A DNA stretch of 64,000 nt from Eledone cirrhosa (GCA_964016885.1 OZ024745.1:53382001-53446000); one strand, 5' to 3'; shown: positions 37,001-51,636, numbered from the stretch's first letter. Notes: a model not told the origin generated them from the sequence alone. Numbers and translations are program-made.

Positions 37001-38261
37001 TGTAGATGTTGTGGTGTATACCTGTTAATGTTGTGAGGTATTGTTGTTGTAGGTGTTGTGGTGTATAGCTGTTAATGTTGTGAGGTGTTGTTGTTATAGA
37101 TGTTGTGGTGTATAGCTGTTAATGTTTTGACGTATTTCTTTGTAGATGTTGTGGTGTATAGCTGTTAATGTTGTGAGGTATTGTTGTTGTAGATGTTGTG
37201 GTGTATAGCTGTTAATGTTGTGAGGTATTGTTGTTGTAGATGTTGTGGTGTATAGCTGTTAATGTTGTGAGGTATTGTTGTTGTAGATGTTGTGGTGTAT
37301 AGCTGTTAATGTTGTGAGGTATTGTTGTTGTAGATGTTGTGGTGTATAGCTGTTAATATTGTGAGGTATTGTTGTTGTAGGTGTTGTGGTGTATAGCTGT
37401 TAATGTTGTGAGATATTGTTCTATAGATGTTGTGGTGTATAGCTGTTAATGTAGTGAGGTATTGTTGTTGTAGATGTTGTGGTGTATAGCTGTTAATGTT
37501 GTGAGGTATTGTTGTTGTAGATGTTGTGGTGTATAGCTGTTAATGTTGTGAGGTATTGTTGTTGTAGATGTTGTGGTGTATAGCTGTTAATATTGTGAGG
37601 TATTGTTGTTGTAGGTGTTGTGGTTTATAGCTGTTAATGTTGTGAGGTATTGTTGTTATAGATGTTGTGGTGTATAGCTGTTAATGTTGTGAGGTATTGT
37701 TGTTGTAGATGTTGTGGTGTATAGCTGTCAATGTTGTGAGATATTGTTGTTCTATAGATGTTGTGGTGTATATCTGTTAATGTTGTGAGGTATTGTTGTT
37801 GTAGATGTTGTGGTGTATAGCTGTTAATGTTGTGAGGTATTGTTGTTGTAGATGTTGTGGTGTATAGCTGTTAATGTTGTGAGATATTGTTCTATAGATG
37901 TTGTGGTGTATAGCTGTTAATGTTGTGAGGTATTGTTGTTGTAGGTGTTGTGGTGTATAGCTGTTAATGTTGTGGGGTATTGTTGTTGTAGATGTTGTGG
38001 TGTATAGCTGTTAATGTTGTGAGGTATTGTTGTAGGTGTTGTGGTGTATAGCTGTTAATGTTGTGAGCTATTGTTGTAGGTGTTGTAGTGTATAGCTGTT
38101 CATGTTGTGAGGTGTTGTTGTTTTAGATGTTGTGGTGTATAGCTGTTAATGTTGTGAGGTATTGTTGTTGTAGGTGTTGTGGTGTATAGCTGTTAATGTT
38201 GTGAGGTATTGTTGTAGATGTTGTGGTGTATAGCTGTTAATGTTGTGACGTATTTCTTTGT
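34058..38261. repeat. 41-44-bp GT-rich minisatellite array, ~4.2 kb, roughly 95 copies
   Basis: Unit ggtgtatagctgttaatgttgtgaggtattgttgttgtagatgttgt with a variable number of internal TTG triplets. Confidence 0.98.
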
Positions 38262-39457
38262 AAATTCCCACTGTCTCTGTCTTTTGTATTCTCATGCTGA
38301 GTTCTGGCCTTTTATGTTTCTGGGTCCTTTCTGCAGATTTCTCCTCTACACCCTACTCCTGGTGTATCGTAACATCATCCTGTTCTCTCTTATTGTGTGT
38401 GTTATTGTCCAGACTGTTGGTGTCATCAGTCTATTTATGTACAGGTTTCTGCAATATCAAAACCATCTTCTGTTATGTGCAGTTTCATCTTTACGTTAGA
38501 GCTTGCTTTTACCTCAATGAGAGTAGCGATGGGTTGTTTGATTAACGAATATAATACATACCATATACATATTCTTGACACAATCACTATTCAATCAAAT
38601 AACATTATATATACTCTTACATAATGTCTATTCGATACCCTTACACCAATAACCCATGCCACACTGTCTACGTAGTTATCATTCAATAATATAGTGCAAC
38701 TCACCAAACACGTACTCTACAGCAACGAATCTTTCATATGACGACTCATTCAACATGCGATAGTAAAACACGTGATACAACACATAGGACATTCGAAATT
38801 CAATCCCTATACTACAACATAATATAGTTTCTACTGCATGTGTTCTATAGAACAAAGAGACGACGGAATAATGGATCACCAGAAACAACAAAACAAATCA
38901 GTATGGAATACAGAAACAATTTTACGTCCCCAAAAGATAATACTGTACGAAATGAAGGAGTCTAATGCAGCAAACGGCGCTATAGAAACTCGCATAAAAC
39001 GGTGGAAAACATGATGATATAAATAGTAATCTTTATAATTAGAGTTATAATTATAATTACCATAAAAATATAGAATATTGATAATGATTTAACGTTGCAT
39101 ATGTGGGGACGTGTGTATGTATGCGTGTAATAGGGGGCAATGTTATTCTTGATTAAAAACTGAATTTCTTCATAAAAATAATTACCTAAATTCCGCCAAA
39201 TCTACCTCGCATCTCAATACTTTCATTAGAAACTTCGCTGCTACCACTACCATTTCTTATCACTTTCAATCTCATTGAATCTTCAACTCACTCTTTCTCA
39301 TTTTACCATACGATCTGTAATTATACTGTTCCATTATGATCAGTCTATATCAATCTCCAAAGTTCTTTTACATTTTTCTGAAATTTTAATCTTCTATTCC
39401 CAACCCATTCCATTACTCTGTCTCATTCAGTCTCGTTTTCGATATCTTTCGTACCAC

Positions 39458-39524
<67 letters not shown>

Positions 39525-39531
39525 GTGTGTG

Positions 39532-39563
<32 letters not shown>

Positions 39564-39627
39564 TGTATGTATATATATATATATATACGTATTTATAAAT
39601 ATGTATGTATGTATATATGTATATATG

Positions 39628-39704
<77 letters not shown>

Positions 39705-39823
39705 GTAAATATATATATATATATACATGTATATAAATATATATAAATACGTATATATATATATATATATATATATAAATATATATAAATATATGTACGT
39801 ATATATATATATATATATATATA

Positions 39824-39889
<66 letters not shown>

Positions 39890-39983
39890 TATATATGTAT
39901 ATATATATATGTATATATATATGTATATATATATATATGTATATATATATGTATATATATGTATATATATATGTATATATATG

Positions 39984-40085
<102 letters not shown>

Positions 40086-40136
40086 TATATATATGTGTAT
40101 ATATATATATATATATATGTTCATATATATATGTAA

Positions 40137-40170
<34 letters not shown>

Positions 40171-40237
40171 GGACGGGTATCTCTTTGATGTGTATGCATA
40201 TATATATATATATGTGTGTGTGTATGTACATATAAAT

Positions 40238-40317
<80 letters not shown>

Positions 40318-40390
40318 TTGTATGCGAGTGTGACGGGGGGTGCGCTTGTACGTATGTGTGTTGTTGTTGTTGTTGGTGGTGGTGTTTAAA

Positions 40391-40455
<65 letters not shown>

Positions 40456-40890
40456 ATTACAGGAATAAATACTTTATAATTATTTCTTTTGTGCAAATCG
40501 ATTAGCAAAGACGTCCACAAGAGTGAAAAAGAGATCATAAGTGCAGCTAAAACTAAGAGACACTTGAAAACAACATCAATAACATACTGAAAAATATGCA
40601 TAATATATCGATTATCATCTTTGGACATGTTCTTCCAGTCAGGTGATGCTTTCATAAGTAGAAATGCAATTAGAGGAGTATGAGGATATTATTGTTTATG
40701 TATTCGTTGGTATAATAATTAGTGACATAAGAAAAGTCTTCAAACATCAAGAATATCAATACGCTCGATTGGTTTTGTAAAAAACTTTATACGTGTACAT
40801 CAACGTGAGATTTAACTTACAAAACTAATTTGCTGTAATAATTACAGAAATAAATATTTCACAATTTATATTATAAATATATATATATAC

Positions 40891-40940
<50 letters not shown>

Positions 40941-41038
40941 GAAAGGTATAGAAAATATATAAATGAAAGGTATAGAAAATATTGTAGCAAAGAGCCAACA
41001 GTATTCCATAATATATAAGTGACTATTGCGGCAAAATT

Positions 41039-41118
<80 letters not shown>

Positions 41119-41348
41119 TAAACGGAATAGAAAATGCTGACAAATTGTTCACAGTTGAAAAATGGTTTAATTAGGAATAAAAGAGTATTAGTAATTGTAT
41201 GGGTTAGTGGGTTAGTATTCAGTTGTGGTTTAAAGTTTTTAAGTTTTTACCGGTTGCGCATTTCTAAATGCTTTTCAAAAATAATTTTGAGATAGAGTGT
41301 CCGTGTTGTTTGCTCTGATACACATATATATAATGTTGGGGGTGTATA

Positions 41349-41454
41349 CAGGGTGTCCCCAAAAAATGTATGCACACTTTGATTACCTGTACAGCTGTAC
41401 AGGCAATATTTATTTGTATGTTGTTGAAGTGTGTATACATATTTTGGGGACACC

Positions 41455-41457
<3 letters not shown>
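41349..41457. mobile_element. Tc1/mariner-type MITE (109 bp)
   Basis: TIRs cagggtgtccccaaaa..tgtat.cacactt, TA on both sides, and a central palindrome cctgtacagctgtacagg. Confidence 0.85.
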
Positions 41458-41510
<53 letters not shown>

Positions 41511-41514
<4 letters not shown>

Positions 41515-41640
41515 CGAAGGAGGGAGGTGTGGTAAGGAACCAGATGGACCATAACGCACAAGAGTACTCAATACTTAGGGTAGTAGAGTGGGTAATAGGA
41601 AAAGGTTTAACCCTGACAGCAGAGCTAAAGCCGTTTCGAC

Positions 41641-41650
<10 letters not shown>
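41511..41650 (-). mobile_element. Fragment of a hammerhead-bearing terminal repeat (family also at 43876-44037 and 44340-44485)
   Basis: Shared ~130-bp sequence containing the hammerhead 3' half GAAAC-ggc..gcy-GTC. Embedded in (TA)n. Confidence 0.65.
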
Positions 41651-41688
<38 letters not shown>

Positions 41689-41692
<4 letters not shown>

Positions 41693-41739
41693 GTGGTTAC
41701 ACAACAGTTAGTTCACCAACTGTTGTGTAACCACTTCTA
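41689..41739. repeat. Fold-back palindrome (~24-bp arms)
   Basis: agaagtggttacacaacagtt...aactgttgtgtaaccacttct. Confidence 0.9.
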
Positions 41740-41799
41740 CCTAACTCGTCCCTTCGACTGAGTGCTCTACCACTACGGTTATTACCTTCCAGTGTTCCA

Positions 41800-41852
<53 letters not shown>

Positions 41853-41856
<4 letters not shown>

Positions 41857-41972
41857 GTTTCTACTTTTGGCTCAAGGCCACCAATTATCGCAGTGCATTA
41901 CTGGTACTTTATTTCATCGACCCCGTAAGGATGGAAGGCAAAGTTAACCTTGGCAGGATTTGAGCTCTGACG
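41853..41972 (-). mobile_element. 5'-truncated SINE
   Basis: Tail, central domain and B-box remnant. Confidence 0.85.
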
Positions 41973-42391
41973 AGTGTTTTTTATTCTTTATTCAGTCATT
42001 GATCGGGTTTCAGTCAATACTACAAATCCTATCTTTTCCTTCAGATTTGTGTATCTCTATTTATCAAACAGCTAGGTGACGGTACATATAAGGCCAGTAA
42101 CATAAACTATAGTGGTTTATAGAACAGTAAATATATACACGTAAAATCACACACACAACCAGGAAGATAAGCAGACAGTGACACAGAAAATCGTGCCCAA
42201 ACAAGTTATAGTAGAAGACATTTGAGCATTTTGTTGTAACGTACAAGCGAGACTGGTATTGCAGATTTCAAAGTGATCTTTTCCATCATTCAGCCTTGAT
42301 ACCTATGCCTAGATACATATAGATATAATCGTATAATTACATAGACGTTTACACCCGCAAACGTGTATAAGCATATATACATATATATGTG

Positions 42392-42465
<74 letters not shown>

Positions 42466-43024
42466 TTTATATGGCTATAAATATATTATATATATATATA
42501 TAATGTAAATATACTATAAATATATAATATAAATAATATATAAATATATTCACACACACAATTATACATATATACAAAAGTATACGTATATATATAATGG
42601 GTGAGAGTGTAGGTATATGTGTGTATGGGTGCGTATGTGTCTACGTTATCTAGCACTATTTATCTCATTCACTCTTTTTTATTCTCTTTAGATCGATCTA
42701 TTTTTGCGGTCTAGGCACTAATGAATTGTGGAAGGGGTGAGGAATTATAAACTAAAGATAAATATTGAGGTTACAGAAAAGGCTGAAAAATCAAGTCTGA
42801 AAGACTGTCTTCATCTTCTAAATATAATTTAATAAAACTGCATTAATTAAATGCAAGAAAAGGGAGCGGAGAAGAAGAAAAGAAACATCAAAGTACGATT
42901 TATTTAATTTCTGCTTTATTAGAAGATGGCAGACATTTGCTAACGGGCGATAACAAAATTTCATCGTCTTTATTATCTCTCGCTCAATTCATTTATACAG
43001 TTATATATATATACATATATATAC

Positions 43025-43244
<220 letters not shown>

Positions 43245-43628
43245 GTGGTTGACGGCTTACAGAAAAGAGTACTCAATAACGATGTAGAGTTTAAATATTC
43301 ATTTTGTTCATGCTAAATAAAGAATCTTGTTACTCTGTCTGGAGTTTCGCCTGTTTATCACAAGGTCATCCTGGCCTGACGACCCACGATTTAGCCTCAT
43401 GAATATGAATATATAAATATATATATTGATAGAGAGAGATATAGATGGATATATAGATAGATGTGCGCTAAGCAGCCGAAATGTAAGATGAAGTTATATC
43501 TGTATATACACAGAGTAGATAACCGAGACTGCACCAATGTGTATATAGATGTACAATTCTTTTTATATATACCCATGAAACATGCCAGAAAATATCAATT
43601 TCCATATAAATTGAAAAACATGATAAAT

Positions 43629-43673
43629 ATCTTTAATCGATTTTCGGTCCTAGCTGGGTGCACATCAGAAGAC
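43629..43673 (-). ncRNA. Hammerhead motif variant (CUGAUGU)
   Basis: Minus strand: gtctt-CTGATGT-gcacccagctaggacc-GAAA-atcgat-TA-aagat. Stem II is poor. Confidence 0.5.
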
Positions 43674-43837
43674 GCGTATATCATCCCAACAACCATAAGG
43701 AAAACGTTGATGAGCTTATATACCCATTCGCTCTTAGTAGTATTCTGAAATGGGCGTATTAATTTAAATATAATTAACGCTCGTTCTCACTTAATTGAAA
43801 TATGTATTAAGAAGTGCGCTAAGCAAACTCGGTTACC

Positions 43838-43875
<38 letters not shown>

Positions 43876-43877
<2 letters not shown>

Positions 43878-44034
43878 ATGTTTAACCCCGACGGCAGAGC
43901 TAAAGACGTCGGGGTTAAACGGCTTGAGCTCTACCGTCGGGGTTAAACATTTTCCTATTACCCACTCTACTACCCTAAGTATTGAGTACTCTGGTGCGTT
44001 ATGGTCCATCTGGTTCCTTACCACAGTTCCTTCG

Positions 44035-44037
<3 letters not shown>
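43876..44037 (+). mobile_element. Fold-back terminal-repeat fragment
   Basis: aaaatgtttaaccccgacggcagagct...agctctaccgtcggggttaaacatttt palindrome, followed by sequence that is inverted at 44340-44460. Confidence 0.7.
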
Positions 44038-44080
<43 letters not shown>

Positions 44081-44297
44081 TATTTTCCGTTGTGTTGTAA
44101 TATAAATATTACACACAGTAGATTGACAGCTCACGTAGAGTTTGCTCGACGGTTCCAGTTGTAGTTCCAAAAGTAATCCGGAGAAAAATAGAAAGATTTG
44201 TATCCTTTCAACTAAACTGTATCCATTCAAATCTTTCTATATATATATATATATAGTGGGTAACCGCACTTCTTAATATATATTTTAATTACATCTT

Positions 44298-44339
<42 letters not shown>

Positions 44340-44340
<1 letters not shown>

Positions 44341-44485
44341 CTAAGGAATTGTGGTAAGGAACCAGATGGACCATAACGCACCAGAGTACTCAATACTTAG
44401 GGTAGTAGAGTGGGTAATAGGAAAAGGTATGACGCCGACGGCAGAGCTCAAGCCGTTTCGACGGCTATTTCTGGACAGAGTTGAT
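44340..44485 (-). mobile_element. Terminal-repeat fragment, inverted partner of 43915-44037
   Basis: Near-identical reverse complement. Contains GAAAC-ggc-ttgagctct-gcc-GTC. Confidence 0.7.
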
Positions 44486-44513
44486 ATATATATATATATA
44501 AGATGAATATATA

Positions 44514-45560
44514 AAAGATGAATATAAAATGAAAGTGCTTTTTTTTAAAAAAGGAATTTATTAGGTATTGACATATGTTTCTGTAACAGACGGAATACCT
44601 ATGTATCGCTGCTTGCGTAATCATATAATGTTAGCAAGTATTCGATAGCAAATGTATAATCAGTTGTCACTTCTTCAGAGATATTGGATAAATTGGAAAA
44701 AATCAGAAAAATTGAAGTATTTATATTAGTTGTAATAAAGGAAGAAGAGAGGGGATAGTATATGACAGATGGTAATTCTATTTACTGGTAAACAAGTATA
44801 TAAAGGGTTTCTAATGAGAATACAATGAGTATATGGTTTATTTTATCTAAATAAGAATTTTTGGGAGTGCCTATTTTAATCTATACTTGACCAATTGAAC
44901 AATGGACAGGGCTGGTCGTTTGGTGTAGTAGTATTAATTATAAAGTACCAATTAAGGAACAGGGAGATTTTCACTGCTACTGAATAACAACAATGCTGGT
45001 AGCCTGCTGGTATATGCATTAGGGAATTGAATTAAGAAATCTCATTTTATCTATAGCAGTTTATATTAAATGGTAAAGAATAGAAGAGTTGATAGAATTA
45101 AGACTAATAGAGAATGTTAATATGTATTTTGACAATCAAACGGAGATGGAGACAGGCGTTCAATCCTGGTAGTGTTTGTAATATGAAAATGTAGATTTCA
45201 AGCGATGGTTACAGTATAACGATCGCTCTATTCTGTTATTTTATAAAATATTTTTGGATTTCATAATACAAAATAATTCCATATTACACAATTTACAAAA
45301 TTCCTGTCCGTGGGGATATGTAGGGGCATCACTATTATATCCCATTTTAGGTTAAATTGTTTGTTATTTTCGCGCAGCTGCCAAGCCTTGTCTGCGAGTG
45401 TTGTTACATAACGCTGGTTTTCATGTTTTATCGAGTAACGATGTCTATAAAGGCGAGATTTGAAGGAGGTGGCTGTAGACCCCACATAGTACTACTTTAT
45501 AAAAAAAGCACTTTCATTTTATATTCATCTTTTCTACATTTTCTCCGGAATATAATTTAT
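44514..45560 (-). mobile_element. Penelope-like element 3' remnant (GIY-YIG endonuclease, 3' region, decayed hammerhead)
   Basis: YYVGSTATSFKSRLYRH..TTLADKAWQLRE..LKWDII, then a frameshift, then CKLCNME..CNHR. GAAAC-atat-GTC near 44567-44578. ~30-bp inverted repeats at 44515-44545 and 45501-45531. Confidence 0.75.
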
Positions 45561-45648
45561 ACTCGTTGAGCAAACCTACACGTACGCTGTTCATCTCTAA
45601 CGTGACGATATATTATCACTACATTATTGATAACCTGAAATGTTTATA

Positions 45649-45756
<108 letters not shown>

Positions 45757-45787
45757 TGAGAAAAACCACAGACCCTCCATCTCAACT

Positions 45788-45830
45788 CTACTTTTGAAAA
45801 GCAAAAGAACTGCGAAACCGGTAAAGGAAC
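45788..45830 (+). ncRNA. Degenerate hammerhead motif
   Basis: ctt-TTGAAAA-gca-aaagaac-tgc-GAAAC-cg-GTA-aag. Confidence 0.4.
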
Positions 45831-46219
45831 CAAATAAATATATATATTTTTTTTTAAATAAGACTCCAGTTGCATTTTCGATTTCATCTTTTTTTCTTTA
45901 CACTTTCACTCGTGTAGGACACCTCGGTTATTTTTCAAAAAATGTTGCAACCGAAGGAAGACAGGAAGACGATACTTTGTTTCGTGGAAACGTTCCCTGG
46001 CAAAGAACGGAAAAAACGAAGATAATACGTCATTATTTGGTGCGGTGAAAAAGATTACAAACAAAGACAAAACCACGTTTATGGTATAAATGAAGTCGTA
46101 GACTAATATTCTATTAGGTGGTCATGGAGACGTTCTCTGGCAATGAACGGAAAAAATGAAGATAAAGGTTGCAACGTTTTTTGAAATATTTACTTCTGCG
46201 TTCACAGATTGACTTTTTT

Positions 46220-46270
46220 AGTTTCAGAAGATCCCGTTAAGGGTGAAAGCAGCGATTCTTTGCTTAAACT
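46220..46270 (+). ncRNA. Hammerhead motif variant (CAGAAGA) with full stem III
   Basis: agttt-CAGAAGA-tccc-gttaa-gggt-GAAA-gca..tgc-TT-aaact. The 3' part is duplicated exactly at ~21995-22045. Confidence 0.6.
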
Positions 46271-47659
46271 TTAATCTGTTATTTTAATAAATATATATAT
46301 GTAAATAATATATTGATGTGTAACGTTTAATTACTATTGGCACACCAGTTTGAGCACTCAGTGCTAATATGTGTCCGGTAGCCGATGTAGTATATTACGT
46401 TTAGAAGCAGAGTGTTAACAATAATAACATTGATAATAAGGAGCAGGAATGAAGTATTAATATAACATCGTCTGATGAGTTTTCGATTCCAGAGTCTGGA
46501 ACGATAACAGCCAATCGTACCTTGAGCAATTCGACCACGAATCGTCACTAGCTAACTGGCTACATCCGAATTATTCTGAAGAACGAGAGAGCGAGAAAAA
46601 AGAGGGACAATTCGTTACAAGTTCAGGAGGTTTAATTCATTTACCTGTTCCGAAGGGATAAAATGCAAAGTAAGCTACGGTGAGATTCGAAAATGAATAA
46701 CGCAAAGCATTTTATCAGACGCTCTAACGGCTCTGACAACTCCCTGCTCTATACCTAGATAACTGCCTGCATGCTTGTATATATGCATGCCTAAATGCAT
46801 ACATACATGTATATATATATATTTTCTAACCATATGTGCAAATATTTGTGTGGATGTGTGTTTGTGTATGTATACAAACCTCTATAATATAATTATCTAT
46901 ATATTTTATATAATGTAATCATTAATTTAAAAATGATATTTACTTTCCGAGCAACTTATGTTATTGTTTCTTATCTTATCTTATAAAATATTGTCATATT
47001 CGTTCTTTATCTTCGTTATAATTATTTCTTGTTTTCAACAATAACAAAAACACCGCCGTTAACCAAATCAGCAACATCATTTACCAAACTACGACTTACG
47101 CTATCATCACCATTATCAGCATCAGCATCATCATCATTATCATCATCACCATTATCATCATCATCACAGTCATCAGCAAGAGCATCATCAGCAAGAGCAT
47201 TATCAGCAACAGCATCATCAGCATATTCAACATCATCAATAACAACCTCATTACTATCAGATATTACCTATTCAGCTAATTCTACACCAAACCACATGAA
47301 ACCTCTATCCTTATCACGATCCTTATTTTGAAGAAGAGGCAGAATTATGTTCACTTAAAGATGAAATGGTATTGTTTCAAATTAAATCTGCAATAATTGC
47401 CTGTATGGTTGAAAAGGCAGTGGGGGGGGGGGGCAGAAAGAGAGGAGGTAATTGCAGAAAGAGAGAGAGGAGGGAGCAAGGAAAGAAAGAAAGAAAGAAA
47501 GAGAAAGGCCGTCGGAGATAAAAGAAGAGAGAGAGAGAGAGAGAAAAGGGGGTAGATGCAGCAGATTGCCAAAATGCTCACGTAATTTCTGTTTTATACC
47601 TCATTGCTTTATCAACAAACCAAACAAAAATAAATGAACAACAACAACAACTAGAATAT

Positions 47660-47900
47660 AAATTTCTTATATTGGCAACAAGGGTCTAAGACGTCAGGGA
47701 CAGTACTGGGAGGGGTTAGGGTGTGGGCAATTTAAAATGAGTAAAAGGGGGCTGAAATGAACAATAGCAAAGATAAACAAGAATATAGAAATAACAATAA
47801 ATAAGCAGAAGGTACAAGAAAATAAGGAATAAATCCGCCATTTTGTCCACACCCATCTCCCGACGTAAAACTCCAGATAACCATGACCGAACAAATGCAA
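47660..47900 (-). mobile_element. Tx1-like 3' terminal fragment
   Basis: F..GRWV..W resembles the ORF2 end (FVERWV). T-rich 3'UTR ends cccttgttgccaatataagaaat. Confidence 0.5.
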
Positions 47901-48119
47901 CTGCCTTCTGCTACTACTACGCGCGTTGTTTACCTGTTTGTTTTTGAGCTATTTATTCTGTGTTTTATTTTTTTGTTTTGTTTTGTTTGTTTGTTTTTAT
48001 ACGTATAATGAAAGTGAGGAGAGGGCGTGTTGGGAGATGATGGATCTGATTGGTTTCAAAATTTGTTTGTTTGAGACCAATTGTGAAACAAATGGCAGCG
48101 TTTTTGTCGTTATTATGAT

Positions 48120-48270
48120 TAAATTGACTGAATGGTTAGAGCATTGGACAAAACGTTTTGCAGTAATTGGTGATCGATGAAATAAAGTACCAATCAAATA
48201 CTGGGGTCGATTTAATCAAGTTTCCTTTCCTCAAATTTGCTGGACTTGTGTCTAAATTAGAAGCTTTATT
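48120..48270 (+). mobile_element. Degenerate SINE
   Basis: gatcgatgaaataaagtaccaatcaaatactggggtcgatttaatc..cttgtg..agaa. Confidence 0.65.
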
Positions 48271-48947
48271 GCTTAATTTTCTGTTCGTCGATTTCGTTTA
48301 TATAATTGTTGCTGCTAATTCTGCTTTTATTTTATTTTATTTTGTTTTATTTTGTTTCATTTTCCTATTTGTTTATTTTCATTTGTAATTTTTGTATGTG
48401 TTAGCCATGTTTTATTATTATCTATTTTATTTTCTCTTTTTGCGGGAGAGGCTTGAATTAAAATAGTTTAGTGTGTTGTTGATGATGTTCTCTATGGTGC
48501 CGTTGTACTGCTTGGTTCTGGCTTTTATTGTATGTTTCTGTTTTTGTCTTAGTGTATTTTTACTCTTGTTTCTAATTCCCTTTTATTCGTTGTATGTTAT
48601 ATTTTTTGTTCCTTCATGCGAGTTTCTTATAACGATGTTATATCAGCAAAGAATCATTTGGATTTCTAACATTTCCTATCTGATTTGAATACTTCTCTCT
48701 TTCTTCCTATTTCCCCACCCAACACTTTTTCTTCTCTCTCTCTCTCTCTCTCTCTCTATTTCCCACTCTCCATCTCTCTCTCTATATATATATATATATA
48801 TCTTTCTCCCATATACTCTCTCTTCTTTTCTCTTTCTCATTCCCTTTCTACTCACATTTCCATTTTTTTTTTCTATTGAATATGTATGCATGTGTACATG
48901 TATCTATAAATATATATTTTATATATATTATATATATATATATACAC

Positions 48948-48985
<38 letters not shown>

Positions 48986-49022
48986 GCATATATATATACA
49001 TATATATATATATGTGTGTATG

Positions 49023-49060
<38 letters not shown>

Positions 49061-49156
49061 CATACACACATATATATATATATGTATATATATATACACA
49101 TACATACACACATATATATATATATGTATATACATATATATATATATGTGTGTATG

Positions 49157-49210
<54 letters not shown>

Positions 49211-49333
49211 TGTATGTGTGTGCATATATAATATGCAGAGAAAGAAAGGAATGCGACTACAGTATGATACATATATGTCTCAGTGTGTGTGTGTATATCT
49301 GTGTGTTTGTATGTGCGTGTGTGTGTATGTATG

Positions 49334-49492
<159 letters not shown>

Positions 49493-49712
49493 CTAACACA
49501 AGAACTATAATCCTGTGATAAGCACCATATTCGTTTACAACTCAGGAAATTTACTAAGCGAGTCGATGCCTCTAGAAGTGAAACCCTATAAAATATAGTA
49601 ACAGATTTATACGTTATTTATGTCTTTCTTGTTAGTATTTCACTTTTTTCTCCCTATGTGCTGCTGCATTTTTTTTGTTTCTTCATGTCGCTTCTGCTGC
49701 TTTATTTACTAT

Positions 49713-49797
<85 letters not shown>

Positions 49798-49880
49798 GTG
49801 TGTGTGTGTGCGTTTATGTGTGTATGTGTGTGTGTGTGCATGTGTGTATATATATATATATATGCATATATATATATGTT

Positions 49881-50033
<153 letters not shown>

Positions 50034-50092
50034 GTATATATGTATGTGTGTGTGTATATATATATGTATATATATATATATATATATATGTT

Positions 50093-50173
<81 letters not shown>

Positions 50174-50185
50174 GTATAATATATA

Positions 50186-50242
<57 letters not shown>

Positions 50243-50250
50243 GTATAATA

Positions 50251-50295
<45 letters not shown>

Positions 50296-50450
50296 ACATG
50301 CTTCAGTATGTATGTATGTGAAGGTGTATATATCAGTGTGTGGTGTTCGTAGTATTTTAGTTATAAGATTAGAAGCCTTTCACTCTCCAGCGTGCTAATG
50401 CCTTTCTCCTTATAAAGACTTAGATTGTAATTATTTATACTTGTGAGTGT

Positions 50451-50515
<65 letters not shown>

Positions 50516-50847
50516 CACAAATATATGTGTGTATGTGTGTGTGTGTGTGTATGTATATGTATATAGACGTGCATAAATGTATGGTTGTACACATGTGTGA
50601 ATTTGCTTGTCAGTTCATTATTGTTTATGCGTATGTTACTCAATCAATATGTATTTGTATACTTAAATCTATGTACGCTTTCATTAGTTTTCTCTATCTT
50701 TACGAATAGCTTTCTTTTCGACACCTTTGCTCGTATCACATAATAAATTTGCTTCTACCTCCACGGAGCTTGCACGTCAACGAATACATACATACACAAA
50801 CACACACATACACAACATATATATATATGAACTCATATTTATACCAA

Positions 50848-50906
<59 letters not shown>

Positions 50907-51413
50907 TTTGAGTGTGTGTTTGGATGTGTGTGTTTTTGTGTTTGCATTCATATTCGTTTCTGTGTGAGCACAAGCCGATTAGGAAAACTATCTCAACTCA
51001 ATACACTTATTGCCTATACATAATTTCTCGTTATTCTTAAATTTCCGTATAAAAATAACATCTGCATTTACTTCTTCATCGGTAAAATATTTAACTGTAC
51101 ATACTTGTGTGGCGTGATTTTATATGTATGTGTGTATATGTGTGTGTGTGTGTCTGTGTCAAGTGGAGGAGTAATTTCAATCTTGTGATGTTATTTCCCT
51201 GACGACAGAAAACCCTTTTTTCCTGTCCACAGATACACTATTTATACACGCGTTACTTATAAAGTCTGAGATAAATTGGAGCGACAGAATTCTTCATTTA
51301 AGCGCATCCGTGGCAGCTAATTCGATTAATGCATTCCCGATATGTTAACGTTTTTTTTTTCACTCTCCATAAACAAAGCTAGAGACCTCATCTCGAGTGG
51401 ATATAAATGTGTG

Positions 51414-51469
<56 letters not shown>

Positions 51470-51557
51470 GTGTGTGTAATATGAGTATGTACATATGTAT
51501 ATATGTGTGTGTACATACATATATATATAAAGAACAAAAATTAACAAGTATCTTAAA

Positions 51558-51636
51558 TTAATTGATTTACGATCGTTTCGTTAGACTAACAAGAATATTC
51601 TATTCCTGTTAGAATAAACTCCTCAGAATCGATTAA
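51558..51636 (-). ncRNA. Type I hammerhead ribozyme, intact core, long stems I and II
   Basis: Minus strand: ttaatcgatt-CTGAGGA-gtt..ctaacagga..tcttgttag..aac-GAAAC-gatc-GTA-aatcaattaa. Confidence 0.88.

Noticed and set aside
34058-38261. Thr-rich mucin exon or CRISPR array
   Set aside because: Unit lengths are not multiples of 3, stops are frequent, and there are no unique spacers.
38262-38545. Possible exon or LINE tail beside the minisatellite
   Set aside because: Only vague similarity to RTE C-termini and no consistent frame, so it cannot be supported.
40932-40982. 23-bp direct duplication
   Set aside because: A simple local slippage duplication beside (TA)n.
46465-46510. CTGATGA followed by a good hairpin
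   Set aside because: No GAAA or stem III follows. At most it is a truncated remnant.
47029-47331. Ser-rich 100-aa ORF
   Set aside because: It is a degenerate (TCA/GCA)n microsatellite with a non-ATG start.
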